From: Candidatus Iainarchaeum sp.
GTDB taxonomy: Archaea > Iainarchaeota > Iainarchaeia > Iainarchaeales > CSSED10-239
Assembly (NCBI GenBank): GCA_037441475.1
Contig: JBBISB010000001.1
Location: 577,465-609,464 of the forward strand
Length of the DNA stretch: 32,000 nt
Reading direction: 5' to 3'
Of the stretch, positions 18,261 to 28,303 are shown one piece after another (position 1 is the stretch's first letter; every line of letters starts with the position of its first letter). Under the pieces are notes generated by a model, which was not told the origin of the DNA, searched no databases, and saw only the letters and a program-made list of their open reading frames with translations. The translations under genes were made by a program, and so were the position numbers.

Positions 18261-20140
18261 AATAATTTTTCTTTAGCTGCAGAATCTTCAAAAGCATATT
18301 TAATAACTTCCTTAATATTCTTCACAGGAATAATCTCTATTTTTTCAAGAGCACTTTCTGAAAGAACAACATCTTCTTTATTTGTATAAGGTATTAAAAC
18401 TTGCTTTATCTTTGAATTAATAGCAGCATTAATCTTTCCTGTAACCCCACCAACGGGTAAAACCTCTCCTCTTATAGAAAGTGAACCTGTCATTGCAACT
18501 GATTGCTTGATAGGAATATTTTCAAGAACAGAAATTACTGCTGAGGCTATAGAGATTGATGCAGAGTCTCCTTCAACACCATGTGTTTGTAAAAACTGTA
18601 TATGTATATCATAGTTAGAGACATCTTTTCCTGTTAATTTCTTAAAGATAGCTGATACATTTTCAACAGATTCTTTAGCAATCTCTCCAAGCTTACCTGT
18701 GGCAATTACTTTTCCCTGGTTTTGTGAATGTGCAAAAGTTACTTCACACTCAATAGGTAGCATGATACCTGCTTCTGTCATTCCCATAACAGCAAGTCCA
18801 TTTACTCTCCCTACTTTATTACCAGTTGTCTTATAGATATCATAATCTTTTTTAACATCCATCATCTTTGATACCATCTGTTGCTCTAAGGTTGAAGATG
18901 ACTTCATGGAGTCAATAACTTCTTGTCTTGTTACAAGCATCAGTCCTCTTTCCTTTGCAATATCTCCAGCTGCTCTAACAATACCACCAAGCTCTCTAAG
19001 CTTAAGGGTTAAGTGATTCTTTCTTGTTGCTCTTTTTCTAGCTTCAAAAATAATTTCATCAACAGCTTCTTTTGTAAAGTGAGGTATCTTCTCATCTTTT
19101 AAAACTTCTTGCGCAATAAACTGTGCCATTTTGTTTCTGTTTTCTACACTGTCTGGAATATCAACATTCATTTGACATTCATACCCTGCTCCTCTTATCC
19201 TTGATCTTATTGCAGGATGTACTTTCTCAAGATCTTGGTAGTTACCAGCAGCAACCAATATGAAATCACACGGTGCAGGTGTGGTTCTAACCATGGCTCC
19301 ACTTGAAAGTTCTGATTGTCCAGTAATACTGTATTTCTTTTCTTGTAGAATAGTTAAAAGCTCTTGTTGTGATTTAGGAGAAAGGGATGCAATTTCATCT
19401 AAGAATAAAACACCACCGTTTGCTTTATGAATCATTCCTGGAATAATCCTGTAGTGAGGAGGGGTTCCAAGTCCACCTGACTGTAAAGGATCATGTAAAA
19501 CATCTCCAAGTAAAGCTCCAGCTCTAGCTCCTGTTGCATCAACAAAAGGAACTTGCTTTTTATTGGTGTTATCTATAAGGCTTTTAGGCACTAATCCCTT
19601 TTCTTTTTGCATCATCTGTAAACTTAATGCAGTTGCTATCATTATAAACCCTGAAAGTATAAGCATAGCTCCAAAAACAGTGTCAGATATCACCTTAAAC
19701 TGCCATAAGACAACTGAAAGAATAAGCCATCCCATAGGTAAAACAAAGCTTAAGATTCTTTGTGAGCTCATGCTCTTCATTGCTTGAAGTTTTGCTTCAT
19801 CAATTATTTTTTTACCTTCTCCCGCATTAACAACTTTAATGATTGGGTTATGTGAGTCTTCTGGGTTTGGGTATGATAAAATATCCTTTAACTGATATGG
19901 TGGAAGTGTTTCTGCAAGTGCAGCAGCAATCATTGACTTACCAGTTCCAGGCTCCCCTATCAAAAGAATATGTCTTTTCTGATAAGCTGCTTTTCTTATA
20001 AGGCTAATAGATGTTTCTTGACCAATAACTTGTTCAATTAATTTTTTAGGAACTTTAATTTCACTGGTGTCTTTAAAGTCAAGTGGCTGTATAGTTTCCT
20101 TTGTTTTGCTCTCTTTAACTTTCTTAGTTTCTTTCTTCAT
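18248..20140 (-). CDS. lonB: Archaeal membrane-bound Lon protease (LonB)
   Basis: [16 protein letters not shown] Walker [18 protein letters not shown] Walker B, hydrophobic insertion ([13 protein letters not shown]...), [13 protein letters not shown] Ser and [10 protein letters not shown] Lys catalytic dyad. Confidence 0.97.
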   Translation of the reverse strand: MKKETKKVKESKTKETIQPLDFKDTSEIKVPKKLIEQVIGQETSISLIRKAAYQKRHILLIGEPGTGKSMIAAALAETLPPYQLKDILSYPNPEDSHNPIIKVVNAGEGKKIIDEAKLQAMKSMSSQRILSFVLPMGWLILSVVLWQFKVISDTVFGAMLILSGFIMIATALSLQMMQKEKGLVPKSLIDNTNKKQVPFVDATGARAGALLGDVLHDPLQSGGLGTPPHYRIIPGMIHKANGGVLFLDEIASLSPKSQQELLTILQEKKYSITGQSELSSGAMVRTTPAPCDFILVAAGNYQDLEKVHPAIRSRIRGAGYECQMNVDIPDSVENRNKMAQFIAQEVLKDEKIPHFTKEAVDEIIFEARKRATRKNHLTLKLRELGGIVRAAGDIAKERGLMLVTRQEVIDSMKSSSTLEQQMVSKMMDVKKDYDIYKTTGNKVGRVNGLAVMGMTEAGIMLPIECEVTFAHSQNQGKVIATGKLGEIAKESVENVSAIFKKLTGKDVSNYDIHIQFLQTHGVEGDSASISIASAVISVLENIPIKQSVAMTGSLSIRGEVLPVGGVTGKINAAINSKIKQVLIPYTNKEDVVLSESALEKIEIIPVKNIKEVIKYAFEDSAAKEKLLKRF

Positions 20141-20234
20141 ATTTAATCTTTCTTTTTAAAATTAGTTTTTTCTTAAATGATATATATTACATGTATCAAT
20201 ATCCTTAAAATACATTTGTTTTCATATATATATT

Positions 20235-21158
20235 ATGACAGACAAACTTAATATTTATTTTTTAGGAACAAGCGCATCAACTCCAACAAAAGAGAGAAAC
20301 TTAACTTCTTCTTTAATAAACTATAGAGGTGCAAACTATCTTTTTGATGCTCCAGAAAATGTTCAACAACAGATATTAAAGGTAGGTCAAAGTCTTTTAA
20401 AGATAAAACATATTTTTTTAACACACATGCATGGTGACCATTACTACGGGATCTTAGGTTTACTTTCAAGCATGTCTTTAACCAAGAGAGAAGAGGATCT
20501 TTATATCTATGTTCCTTCAGGTTATAAATCTTTTTTAGAGAATTTTTTAAAAAGTGGGCATGTTGCTTTAACTTATAAACTAATATTTAAAGAGGTTAAA
20601 AATAATCTTAAAATAAGTTTAGATACTTTAACAGTGACTGCTATAAAGCTTGATCACTCCATTCCTTCTTTTGGTTATGTTTTTAAGATAAACGATAAGG
20701 TTGGTAAGTTTAATAAGCAAAAGGCCTTGAAACTAAAAATACCAGAAGGCCCATTATTTTCAAAATTACAAGAAGGCAAAACAATTAAGGTTAATGGTAA
20801 AACCATAAAGCCAGAAGATGTTATGGATTATTCTTTTAGAAAGGTTGGTAGAAAAATAATCTATATGACAGACACCGCTGTTTTAAAGAAACCATCTATG
20901 CTTCTTGACTCTCCTGATATCTTAATACATGAGTGTACCTATAATGACGAAGAGAAAATAAAAGCAAAAGATATGAAACATTCTTATTTTTCAGAAGTTA
21001 TAGATTTTTCAAAAAAGATAAAGGCAAAAGAAACCTATTTGGTTCATTTATCTTCAAGGTATAAAGGAAAAGAAGAGGTTGTTGGAAAATCAAAAGTTAC
21101 AATAAAAGGTTTAAACTTTGCAAAGGATCTAGACTTTATAGAAACAACTGATTATTGA
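20235..21158 (+). CDS. rnz: Ribonuclease Z
   Basis: IYFLGTSASTPTKERNLTSSLINY...IFLTHMHGDHYYGILGLLSS...HECTYNDE...HLSSRY. Confidence 0.95.
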   Translation: MTDKLNIYFLGTSASTPTKERNLTSSLINYRGANYLFDAPENVQQQILKVGQSLLKIKHIFLTHMHGDHYYGILGLLSSMSLTKREEDLYIYVPSGYKSFLENFLKSGHVALTYKLIFKEVKNNLKISLDTLTVTAIKLDHSIPSFGYVFKINDKVGKFNKQKALKLKIPEGPLFSKLQEGKTIKVNGKTIKPEDVMDYSFRKVGRKIIYMTDTAVLKKPSMLLDSPDILIHECTYNDEEKIKAKDMKHSYFSEVIDFSKKIKAKETYLVHLSSRYKGKEEVVGKSKVTIKGLNFAKDLDFIETTDY

Positions 21159-21850
21159 TACTTGTATTTAAAACTTTTTCCTGGATTTAAAATAACAGTG
21201 TTTACATCAGTATAGTTTTTACCAAACCTGTAGATTAATTCTTGAGGATTTCTTTTAATATCTTCAAAGGTATCATAGTGCATTGGTATAACAAACTCTG
21301 GTCTCATTTTTTTCATAACCCTTATAGCTGTTCCAAGATCCATGGTTCTTTTTCCACCAATAGGTAAAAGAGCAATAGTTGGTTTAAGAGTATCATGATC
21401 TCTTGTCATGTATGTATCTCCTGCAAAATAAATAGTTTTTCCTTTTTTATTTTTAATTAAAAAACTTAAAGGATAAAAGGCACCAGGATGGTGTGCAGGG
21501 TATGCTTTAATGTTAATGTTATTAATGTCCTTTGATTCATACTCAGTAATTGAAACCTTATTATGTTCTTGCCCTTCAAGTTCTTTTAAAACACTGAAGT
21601 GTGCAATTATTTTTGGATTAAATTTTTTAGATAAATAGTTTATAGCTTCTCTATCAAAAGAATCAGTATGTTCATGACTTATTAAAATAGTATCAATTTT
21701 TGGAAGATCTGAAACTTTATGATGGCATGCAACCAGTCTTTTCATATCCCCTAGTTGACAGTTACCAAAGAATGGGTCTGTTAAAATGTTTTTTTTATCC
21801 ACTGTTAACAGAAAAGATGAGTGGCCAAGATATTTAATACTTATACTCAT
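21152..21850 (-). CDS. MBL-fold metal-dependent hydrolase (UPF0173/UlaG-like)
   Basis: SIKYLGHSSFLLTVDKKNILTDPFFGN...TILISHEHTDSFDREA...GDTYMTRD...FVIPMHYDTFEDI. Confidence 0.9.
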   Translation of the reverse strand: MSISIKYLGHSSFLLTVDKKNILTDPFFGNCQLGDMKRLVACHHKVSDLPKIDTILISHEHTDSFDREAINYLSKKFNPKIIAHFSVLKELEGQEHNKVSITEYESKDINNINIKAYPAHHPGAFYPLSFLIKNKKGKTIYFAGDTYMTRDHDTLKPTIALLPIGGKRTMDLGTAIRVMKKMRPEFVIPMHYDTFEDIKRNPQELIYRFGKNYTDVNTVILNPGKSFKYKYQ

Positions 21851-21974
21851 ATATATCTATTGAACATATTTTTATTTAAAGCCTATTGTTTTTACCCTTA
21901 TTAAAAAGGTATATAAACTTATTTCTACAATATATATTAATATAAACCGAAAATAAAAGTTTAGAGATGGATGT

Positions 21975-22769
21975 ATGATTAATAAAAAAATATTTTTAAT
22001 AATGTTATTAGCTATTTTTTTAATTCCAAATATCTATTCTGCAAAACTAACTAATTTTGATATATCTATTGATATTAGAGGGCCACAAAAAGCCTTTGTT
22101 ACAGAAACCTGGGTTGTCGAGTATGATTCTCAAATATCAAACGATAAAGAATTATTTAAACAACAACTTCTTTTAGCAAACATAGATCTTGATAAGTTTG
22201 TTAAAATCGATCCTAAGTTAAGACCAAACATCTATCTTAAGAACTATTCAAATGTATCTATAGTTTTTGATGAAACAAAAGATATTATAAATATCAATTA
22301 TGAGGTACCTGATCTTTTCCTTCAAAACTACTATGAGACAGATGAGTATATCTTATGGAAGTTTAATGAAAATGTTTTAAGAAACTTAGTTGTAAATAAC
22401 CTTTATGTTATTCCATCATTTTCAAGAGTAATAATACAAGTATACAACCCTTTAATCATTAGTGATACAAACCCTACTGGTGAGATTACAAAAAACATAG
22501 TTGTGTTTAACAGTCTTTCCTCAAATGAACTAAAGGTTTTAGCTTATGAAAAGAAACCTCCTAAACCAAGTTTTGTAATTGTTGGTTCCAGTAATTCAAA
22601 TATCTTTTATTATTTAATAATTATCTTCATTATTGTGCTCTCCATTATTTTAATCTTTAAAGAACCTTTAAGTAAAGCAATAAAGAAGTTTGTAATAAAC
22701 AATTCTGTTATAAAACCTAAAAAACAGAAAAAAGAATTTGTTGTTGATTCTGAAGTTTTTGAAGATTAA
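21975..22769 (+). CDS. Hypothetical exported membrane-anchored protein
   Basis: N-terminal signal (KKIFLIMLLAIFLIPNIYSA), C-terminal TM helix (IFYYLIIIFIIVLSIILIF) and a basic cytoplasmic tail. Confidence 0.8.
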   Translation: MINKKIFLIMLLAIFLIPNIYSAKLTNFDISIDIRGPQKAFVTETWVVEYDSQISNDKELFKQQLLLANIDLDKFVKIDPKLRPNIYLKNYSNVSIVFDETKDIININYEVPDLFLQNYYETDEYILWKFNENVLRNLVVNNLYVIPSFSRVIIQVYNPLIISDTNPTGEITKNIVVFNSLSSNELKVLAYEKKPPKPSFVIVGSSNSNIFYYLIIIFIIVLSIILIFKEPLSKAIKKFVINNSVIKPKKQKKEFVVDSEVFED

Positions 22770-22794
22770 ATATATTTTTTTAGCAGGAATTTAC

Positions 22795-24291
22795 ATGATT
22801 TTAAAATTTACAGAAAATGATTATAGTGTATACTCTCTTTTAAAGGAGAAAAAATCTATTGATTTTTCTCAAATACCTTCTCTTTTAAACATAGATGTAG
22901 ATGTTGTCAGAAGATCTTTAGAGCTCTTAAAATCAGAGGGTGTTCTTTTAGAAAAAATAGAAGAAACTATCTCCTTTGATCTAACAGATGTTGGTAAGGC
23001 TTCCTTAGAGAAAGGTTTTGTAGAAGAACTTTTCTGTGATAACATTAAAGACAAAGATGTCTTAATCTCTTCTCTTAAAAGCCTAAAGATAAATGCTCTT
23101 GAAGACAATGAAGTTTCCTTAGCTTTTGGAATTTCAAAAAGACTTAACTTAATATCAATTGAGGATGGTAAGATTATTGTTTTAAAAGACTATAAAGAAA
23201 AAATAAATTTACAAAAAGAAAACCTAAAAAAAATAATTACAAAAGCAGACCTTTCTCTTAAAGATGAAACAAATGATTTTCTTCAAAGAAAGTTTATTTT
23301 TAAAAAAACAGTTTCAAACAAAAGTTATTTTTTCCAAAAAGAAATAGAGTTTGTTATTGATAAAGATAGTATAATCAACCTAACTTCAGAAGACCTTAAA
23401 AGTGGAGATTTTAAAAATCTAAAGTTTAAGGAGTATGAAGTTTCTAAACTTCCAAAAGCAGCTGAGATTGGAAGAGTGCACCCTATGAGAATGATAATGA
23501 ATTACATAAGGGATCTTTATTTAGAGATGGGTTTTAAAGAAATGACAGGTCCATACGTTGATATTTCTTTTTGGCCAATGGACTCTATGTTTATTTCTCA
23601 AGATCATCCGATGAGAGAAATGCAGGATACCTTCTATCTTCCTTTAAAAGGAAAACTTCCTAAAAGTAAAGCCTTTTTAGAAAAAATAAGAAAAGTTCAT
23701 CAGAGTGGAGGAAAAACAACTTCCACTGGACACCAGTATACCTGGGATGAAGAGATGGCTAAAGAGCTTGTCTTAAGAACACACACAACCTCAGTAACCT
23801 TTAGAACCTTTCATAACCTTTCAAAGGAAGAAAAGAAAAACTCAAAATATTTCTGTATAGGTAAAGTTTTCAGAAATGAATCTTTAGATGCAACACACTT
23901 GGCTGAGTTCTATCAGGCAGAGGGTTTTGTAATTGGTAAAAACATCGGTCTTTCAGATTTAATTGGTTTTATAAAAGAATTTTTAAAGAAGCTTGGTATT
24001 ACAAGAATAAAACTAAAACCAACCTATAACCCTTACACAGAACCAAGTGTAGAGGTGTTTGCATACTTTGAAAAATCCAACTCCTATAAGGAAATCATGA
24101 ACTCAGGGGTCTTTAGAAAAGAAACCTTAGAACCATATGGTATAAAGAACAATGTTATTGCCTGGGGTATTGGTATTGAAAGGATAGGTATGCTTCTTTT
24201 AGAGAAGGGAAACATTAAAGAGGTCTTTGGTGACGACTGTGATATCGATTTTTTAAGAAACTATATAATACCAAAAAGAAAGTTTGAGTGA
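22795..24291 (+). CDS. pheS: Phenylalanine--tRNA ligase subunit alpha
   Basis: MILKFTENDYSVYSLLKEK...HPMRMIMNYIRDLYLEMGFKEMTGPYVD...GEFYQAEGFV-like HLAEFYQAEGFVIG...WGIGIERIGMLLL. The ORF track start at 22738 overlaps the upstream gene; ATG 22795 is more likely. Confidence 0.95.
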   Translation: MILKFTENDYSVYSLLKEKKSIDFSQIPSLLNIDVDVVRRSLELLKSEGVLLEKIEETISFDLTDVGKASLEKGFVEELFCDNIKDKDVLISSLKSLKINALEDNEVSLAFGISKRLNLISIEDGKIIVLKDYKEKINLQKENLKKIITKADLSLKDETNDFLQRKFIFKKTVSNKSYFFQKEIEFVIDKDSIINLTSEDLKSGDFKNLKFKEYEVSKLPKAAEIGRVHPMRMIMNYIRDLYLEMGFKEMTGPYVDISFWPMDSMFISQDHPMREMQDTFYLPLKGKLPKSKAFLEKIRKVHQSGGKTTSTGHQYTWDEEMAKELVLRTHTTSVTFRTFHNLSKEEKKNSKYFCIGKVFRNESLDATHLAEFYQAEGFVIGKNIGLSDLIGFIKEFLKKLGITRIKLKPTYNPYTEPSVEVFAYFEKSNSYKEIMNSGVFRKETLEPYGIKNNVIAWGIGIERIGMLLLEKGNIKEVFGDDCDIDFLRNYIIPKRKFE

Positions 24292-24297
24292 AGTAAA

Positions 24298-25947
24298 ATG
24301 GCTGTAATAGATTTTGAATTTGAAAAATTAAAAAAAGAAATTAATAAACAAATATCTTTAGAAAATTTAGAAGAGGTTCTCTTTGATTTTGGTTTAGAGA
24401 TTGATTCTTACGATAAGGAAACAGATATTCTTAAGGTAGAGATAACTGCAGAAAGAATAGATCTTCTTTCCTTTGTTGGTTTTAAAAGAGCCTTAGAAAG
24501 CTATCTTTCTTTGAAGAAATATATCCCTTATAAAGTAAAACCATCAGGTAGTAAAGTCATAGTTGACCAGTCTGCTGTAAACTATGGTAACTACACCATG
24601 TGTGCAGTTGTTAAAAATTTGTCTTTAGATGATGAAAAAATAAAAGAAATAATAAATGTCCAAGAAAAATTACATTTAACCTATGGAAGAAAAAGAAAGT
24701 CTGTTGCTATCGGTGTTTATTCTTTAGATAAAATATCCTTTCCAATAACCTTTAAAGCAGATTTTCCAGAAAACATAAAGTTTATACCTTTAGGAGAAAC
24801 AAAAGAGATGACAGGCTCTGAGATTATTAAAAACCACCCAACAGGTATTGAATATTCTTCTCTTCTTTTAAACAAACAAAAATATCTTTTCTTTAAGGAT
24901 TCAAACAACAAAGTACTTTCTATGCCTCCAATCATTAACTCTCAAGAAACAGGAAGAGTTACAGAAAATACAAAAGAGGTTTTCTTAGAGTGTACTGGTC
25001 AAAACTTAATTAAGCTTAAAAACACCATGAACATTTTAACATGCATGTTTGCAGACTTTGGTGCAGATATCTTTTCTTTAGAGATTATTTATCCTGATAA
25101 GACTATTGTTTCTCCAGATACAGAAGAGAGAAAAATGGTTGTTTCCTTAAAGTCAATGAACCAAACCTTAGGAACTAAGATTTCTTTAAAGGATGCTATT
25201 TCTCTTTTAGAGAAAATGATGTTTTCTTGCAAGGAACTTTCAAAAGATTCTTTAGAAATATCAATTCCTATCTTTAGAACAGATATAATGCATGAAAACG
25301 ATATTGCTGATGATCTTTCAAGAAGCTATACTCTTTCAAAAACAACTCCTACCTACACAAACGTTCCTTCAATAGGTGAAAGGCTAAAGATATCTATTCT
25401 TCAAGAGCAGTTAATAACTTCCATGGTCTCAATGGGCTTTATTGAAATATTACCTTTCACTCTTTCTTCAAAGAAAGATTCTTTTGAAAACTTTAATTTA
25501 AAGACAGAAAAGTATATTCCCTTAGGCTTTAGTGCAGAGAGTTCAATTAACATGGTTGGTAACTGGATTATTCCAAAGTTATTTAAGGCCTTAACAAACA
25601 ATCAACATAAGGCTTTTCCACAAAAGTTATTTGCTTGTGACTTTATTGTTGTTGAGAATAAAAAAGAGGACACTTTATCAGAGAATAAACTTCATCTTGC
25701 AGCTGTTATTGCAAACTCAAAAATTTCTTTTACTGAAATTTCATCAAACCTTTTAGCCTTAACAAATGTTTTAGGCAAAAATCTTTCTTTAAAACCAAAA
25801 GAATATCCTTTCTATATCAAAGGAAGAAGTGCTGCTGTTTTCATAGATAGCTTAGAGGTAGGGCATATAGGGGAGTTTTCTCCAGAAGTTTTAAGAAACC
25901 ATAGTTACAGTATGCCTGTTTGTGGTTTTGAAATTGACTTTTCTTAA
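24298..25947 (+). CDS. pheT: Phenylalanine--tRNA ligase subunit beta
   Basis: 549 aa archaeal-type beta subunit (MAVIDFEFEKLKKEI...LKVEITAERIDLLSFVGFKRAL...VGHIGEFSPEVLRNHSYSMPVCGFEID), immediately after pheS. Confidence 0.95.
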   Translation: MAVIDFEFEKLKKEINKQISLENLEEVLFDFGLEIDSYDKETDILKVEITAERIDLLSFVGFKRALESYLSLKKYIPYKVKPSGSKVIVDQSAVNYGNYTMCAVVKNLSLDDEKIKEIINVQEKLHLTYGRKRKSVAIGVYSLDKISFPITFKADFPENIKFIPLGETKEMTGSEIIKNHPTGIEYSSLLLNKQKYLFFKDSNNKVLSMPPIINSQETGRVTENTKEVFLECTGQNLIKLKNTMNILTCMFADFGADIFSLEIIYPDKTIVSPDTEERKMVVSLKSMNQTLGTKISLKDAISLLEKMMFSCKELSKDSLEISIPIFRTDIMHENDIADDLSRSYTLSKTTPTYTNVPSIGERLKISILQEQLITSMVSMGFIEILPFTLSSKKDSFENFNLKTEKYIPLGFSAESSINMVGNWIIPKLFKALTNNQHKAFPQKLFACDFIVVENKKEDTLSENKLHLAAVIANSKISFTEISSNLLALTNVLGKNLSLKPKEYPFYIKGRSAAVFIDSLEVGHIGEFSPEVLRNHSYSMPVCGFEIDFS

Positions 25948-25974
25948 AGGTTTTTAAAAAATATAAACCTTTAA
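25944..25974 (+). terminator. Hairpin plus T-run after pheT
   Basis: TTAAAGGTTT (25944-25953) / AAACCTTTAA (25965-25974), 10 bp perfect, followed within 4 nt by a T-run. Confidence 0.6.
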
Positions 25975-25999
25975 ATACTTTTTTTTCTATAACATATAT

Positions 26000-26115
26000 A
26001 TGATAGTTAAGAAAGCATCTTTTAAAAGAGAGATTTTCTCTAAATATAATTCTTCTCTATTCATGACTATTTTCTTTATGGCCATGTGATACCTGCTCTT
26101 CTTAGCAGGTTTTTT
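26000..26115 (+). promoter_or_regulatory. Candidate leader region of metG: mini-ORF plus GC-rich hairpin with T6
   Basis: ATG 26000...TGA 26089 encodes MIVKKASFKREIFSKYNSSLFMTIFFMAM*. Stem ACCTGCT (26091-26097)/AGCAGGT (26104-26110), then T-run to 26115. Confidence 0.4.
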
Positions 26116-26139
26116 GTAAGTTTACAAAAAAAAATCAAT

Positions 26140-26173
26140 GGCAAATATTTTATATTAAATATTTTGCCTTTTT
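26140..26173 (+). terminator. Second hairpin plus T5 upstream of metG
   Basis: GGCAAATATTT / AAATATTTTGCC (one bulge), followed by TTTTT (26169-26173). Confidence 0.4.
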
Positions 26174-26198
26174 AGATAAAAAAATGATGTGATTTATT

Positions 26199-27722
26199 AT
26201 GAACAATTTAGATTTTCCAAAAAAATATTATATAACAACACCTATCTACTATGTAAGTGGAAGATTCCATTTAGGGCACTCTTACACAACAACAGTTGCA
26301 GATGTTTTTGCAAGGTACTATAGGCTCATAGGTTCAGATGTCTTTTATCTTACAGGAACAGACGAGCATGGTTTAAAGGTAGAACAAGCAGCAAAGGATG
26401 CAGGTAAAGAAACAAAGGAGTTTCTAGATTCCTTAGTCCTAACAACAAAGAAAGTATGGAAGGATCTTGACATCTCCTACGATTACTTTGTAAGAACAAC
26501 TGATGAAAAACATAAAAAAACAGTTCAAGAGATTTCTCAAAAGATGTTTGAAAAAGGAGATATCTATAAAAGTAGTTATGAAGGTTTTTACTGTAAGGGA
26601 TGCGAGTCTTTTTATACTGAGAAGGATATTTCTGGAAATAAATGTCCTGATGGCCACCCTGTTACTGTTGAAAAAGAAGATGCATATTTTTTCAAACTTT
26701 CAAAATATCAATCTTGGCTTTTAGAAAATATTAAAAACAACCCTAGCTTTCTTTCCCCAGATTCAAGTAAGAATGAAATTCTTTCTTTTATAAACAATGG
26801 TCTTGAAGACATATGTATCTCAAGACATAAACAAAAGGTTCCTTGGGGAATAGAGCTTCCTTTTGATAAGGAGCATACAACATATGTATGGCTTGATGCT
26901 TTGTTTAATTACTACTCAGCTCTTGGAGGAGAAGGCTCTGATAACTTCAAAAAATACTGGCCTCCTGACTTTCAATTAATGGGTAAAGAGATATTTAGGT
27001 TTCATGCCATCTATTGGCCAATCTTTTTAAAATCCCTTGATATTGAAATTCCAAAACAAGAGTTTGCTCATGGTTGGTATGTTTCAGAAGGACAGAAGAT
27101 GTCTAAGTCCTTTGGTAATGTAGTCTACCCTGAAGAGTATATTGAAAAGTTCGGTTCAGATATCTATAGATACTATATCTTAAAGGAAATGTCTTTTGGA
27201 GAGGACGGTTCTTTTTCAAAGAAATCTTTTGTTGAAAGAACAAACAGTGACCTTGTTTCAAGCATAGGTAACCTTCTTTCAAGAGTAGTTACTTTAGTTG
27301 AAAAGAGAGGTAAGGAAAACGGATTTACTTTCTATAAGGATGATTTTTCAGAGGAAGTTGAAAATAGGATACTTGTAATTCACAATCTTTATAAAAGACA
27401 TGATCTTTCAAAAATCTTACTTGAAATTTTACAACTCTCATATGCTCTTAACAAGTATGTGCAAGACAATAAACCATGGGAATTATTAACAACAGATCCT
27501 GAAAGGTTTGATCAAGTAATGTACAATCTCTTGGAGTCTTTAAGGATACTTGCCTTGGAGTTATCCCCTATACTTACCAAGAAATGGAAGGAAATTTTTT
27601 CACAGCTTGGCTTAGATGAGAGTAATCTTGGACATAGAAAGCTAGCTTTTACAAACATCATGGAAGGAAAGACCATTAAAAAACAAGGTCATCTTTTCGA
27701 GAAAATAGAAATTAAAGAATAA
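26199..27722 (+). CDS. metG: Methionine--tRNA ligase
   Basis: PIYYVSGRFHLGHSYT (HIGH), CKGCESFY...KCPDGH zinc region, GQKMSKSFGNVV (KMSKS). Confidence 0.97.
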   Translation: MNNLDFPKKYYITTPIYYVSGRFHLGHSYTTTVADVFARYYRLIGSDVFYLTGTDEHGLKVEQAAKDAGKETKEFLDSLVLTTKKVWKDLDISYDYFVRTTDEKHKKTVQEISQKMFEKGDIYKSSYEGFYCKGCESFYTEKDISGNKCPDGHPVTVEKEDAYFFKLSKYQSWLLENIKNNPSFLSPDSSKNEILSFINNGLEDICISRHKQKVPWGIELPFDKEHTTYVWLDALFNYYSALGGEGSDNFKKYWPPDFQLMGKEIFRFHAIYWPIFLKSLDIEIPKQEFAHGWYVSEGQKMSKSFGNVVYPEEYIEKFGSDIYRYYILKEMSFGEDGSFSKKSFVERTNSDLVSSIGNLLSRVVTLVEKRGKENGFTFYKDDFSEEVENRILVIHNLYKRHDLSKILLEILQLSYALNKYVQDNKPWELLTTDPERFDQVMYNLLESLRILALELSPILTKKWKEIFSQLGLDESNLGHRKLAFTNIMEGKTIKKQGHLFEKIEIKE

Positions 27723-27724
27723 TA

Positions 27725-27757
27725 GCCTTTTTTTTAAAAAAAGGCCTTTATTTTTTT
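27725..27757 (+). terminator. Terminator-like hairpin after metG
   Basis: GCCTTTTTTT/AAAAAAAGGC followed by CTTTATTTTTTT. Confidence 0.5.
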
Positions 27758-27773
27758 AAAATTTTAAAATAAG

Positions 27774-27800
27774 CACAGAATAAAAGAAAACTATTCTGTG
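27774..27800 (-). terminator. Hairpin overlapping the stop codon of the eIF5A gene
   Basis: CACAGAATA (27774-27782) / TATTCTGTG (27792-27800), 9 bp perfect, 9-nt loop; T-rich sequence follows on the minus strand. Confidence 0.5.
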
Positions 27801-28207
27801 TCTGCTTTCTTTCTTACAATTTTAATAAAAGGTCCAGCTTTCATATACTCAACATTATCTCCAGCCTTAAGGTCCTTAAACTCTGCTTTTTCAACATCGT
27901 ATGTTTGATAATCAGCAACATCCATCATCTGGTATTTATCTCCAGTATCAGAAATGATTTGTGCATTCCCTTTATCAATAACAGGAACTTCAACATCAGC
28001 GTCTGCTGGTTTTAAAAGATTCATTCTCTTATCATTAAAAACTCCAGTTGCTGTAATTCTTATTTTTGCAGCCCCGTGTTTTCCAGGCTTTGACTTATCT
28101 ATAGTGTCTATCCTACATATTGTTTCTTCAATAACAATAAATTGTCTTTCTTTTAATTGTCCTGCTTGCGCAAACTTAATTTGAAAATCACTCATTTTTT
28201 TCACCAT
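27791..28207 (-). CDS. eif5a: Translation initiation factor 5A (likely start ATG 28195)
   Basis: CRIDTIDKSKPGKHGAAKIRITATGVFNDKR (hypusination loop), VPVIDKGNAQIISDTGDKYQMMDVADYQTYDV. Confidence 0.96.
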   Translation of the reverse strand: MVKKMSDFQIKFAQAGQLKERQFIVIEETICRIDTIDKSKPGKHGAAKIRITATGVFNDKRMNLLKPADADVEVPVIDKGNAQIISDTGDKYQMMDVADYQTYDVEKAEFKDLKAGDNVEYMKAGPFIKIVRKKADTE

Positions 28208-28303
28208 TTTTTAATTATAATTTAAGTATATTATATATAATATATATAACTATCTATTTAAATATATTTTCTACTCTTTTAAAATCAATAATTATTGTTA
28301 ATT

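Noticed and set aside
19563-19787. 74-aa plus-strand ORF inside lonB (also 17227-17430, 20248-20469, 22869-23108, 24717-24935, 25401-25601, 26439-26724, 29773-30033)
   Set aside because: All are short ORFs embedded opposite or within confident genes; none has independent support.
27954-28184. 76-aa plus-strand ORF opposite eIF5A
   Set aside because: Antisense shadow ORF of a highly conserved gene.
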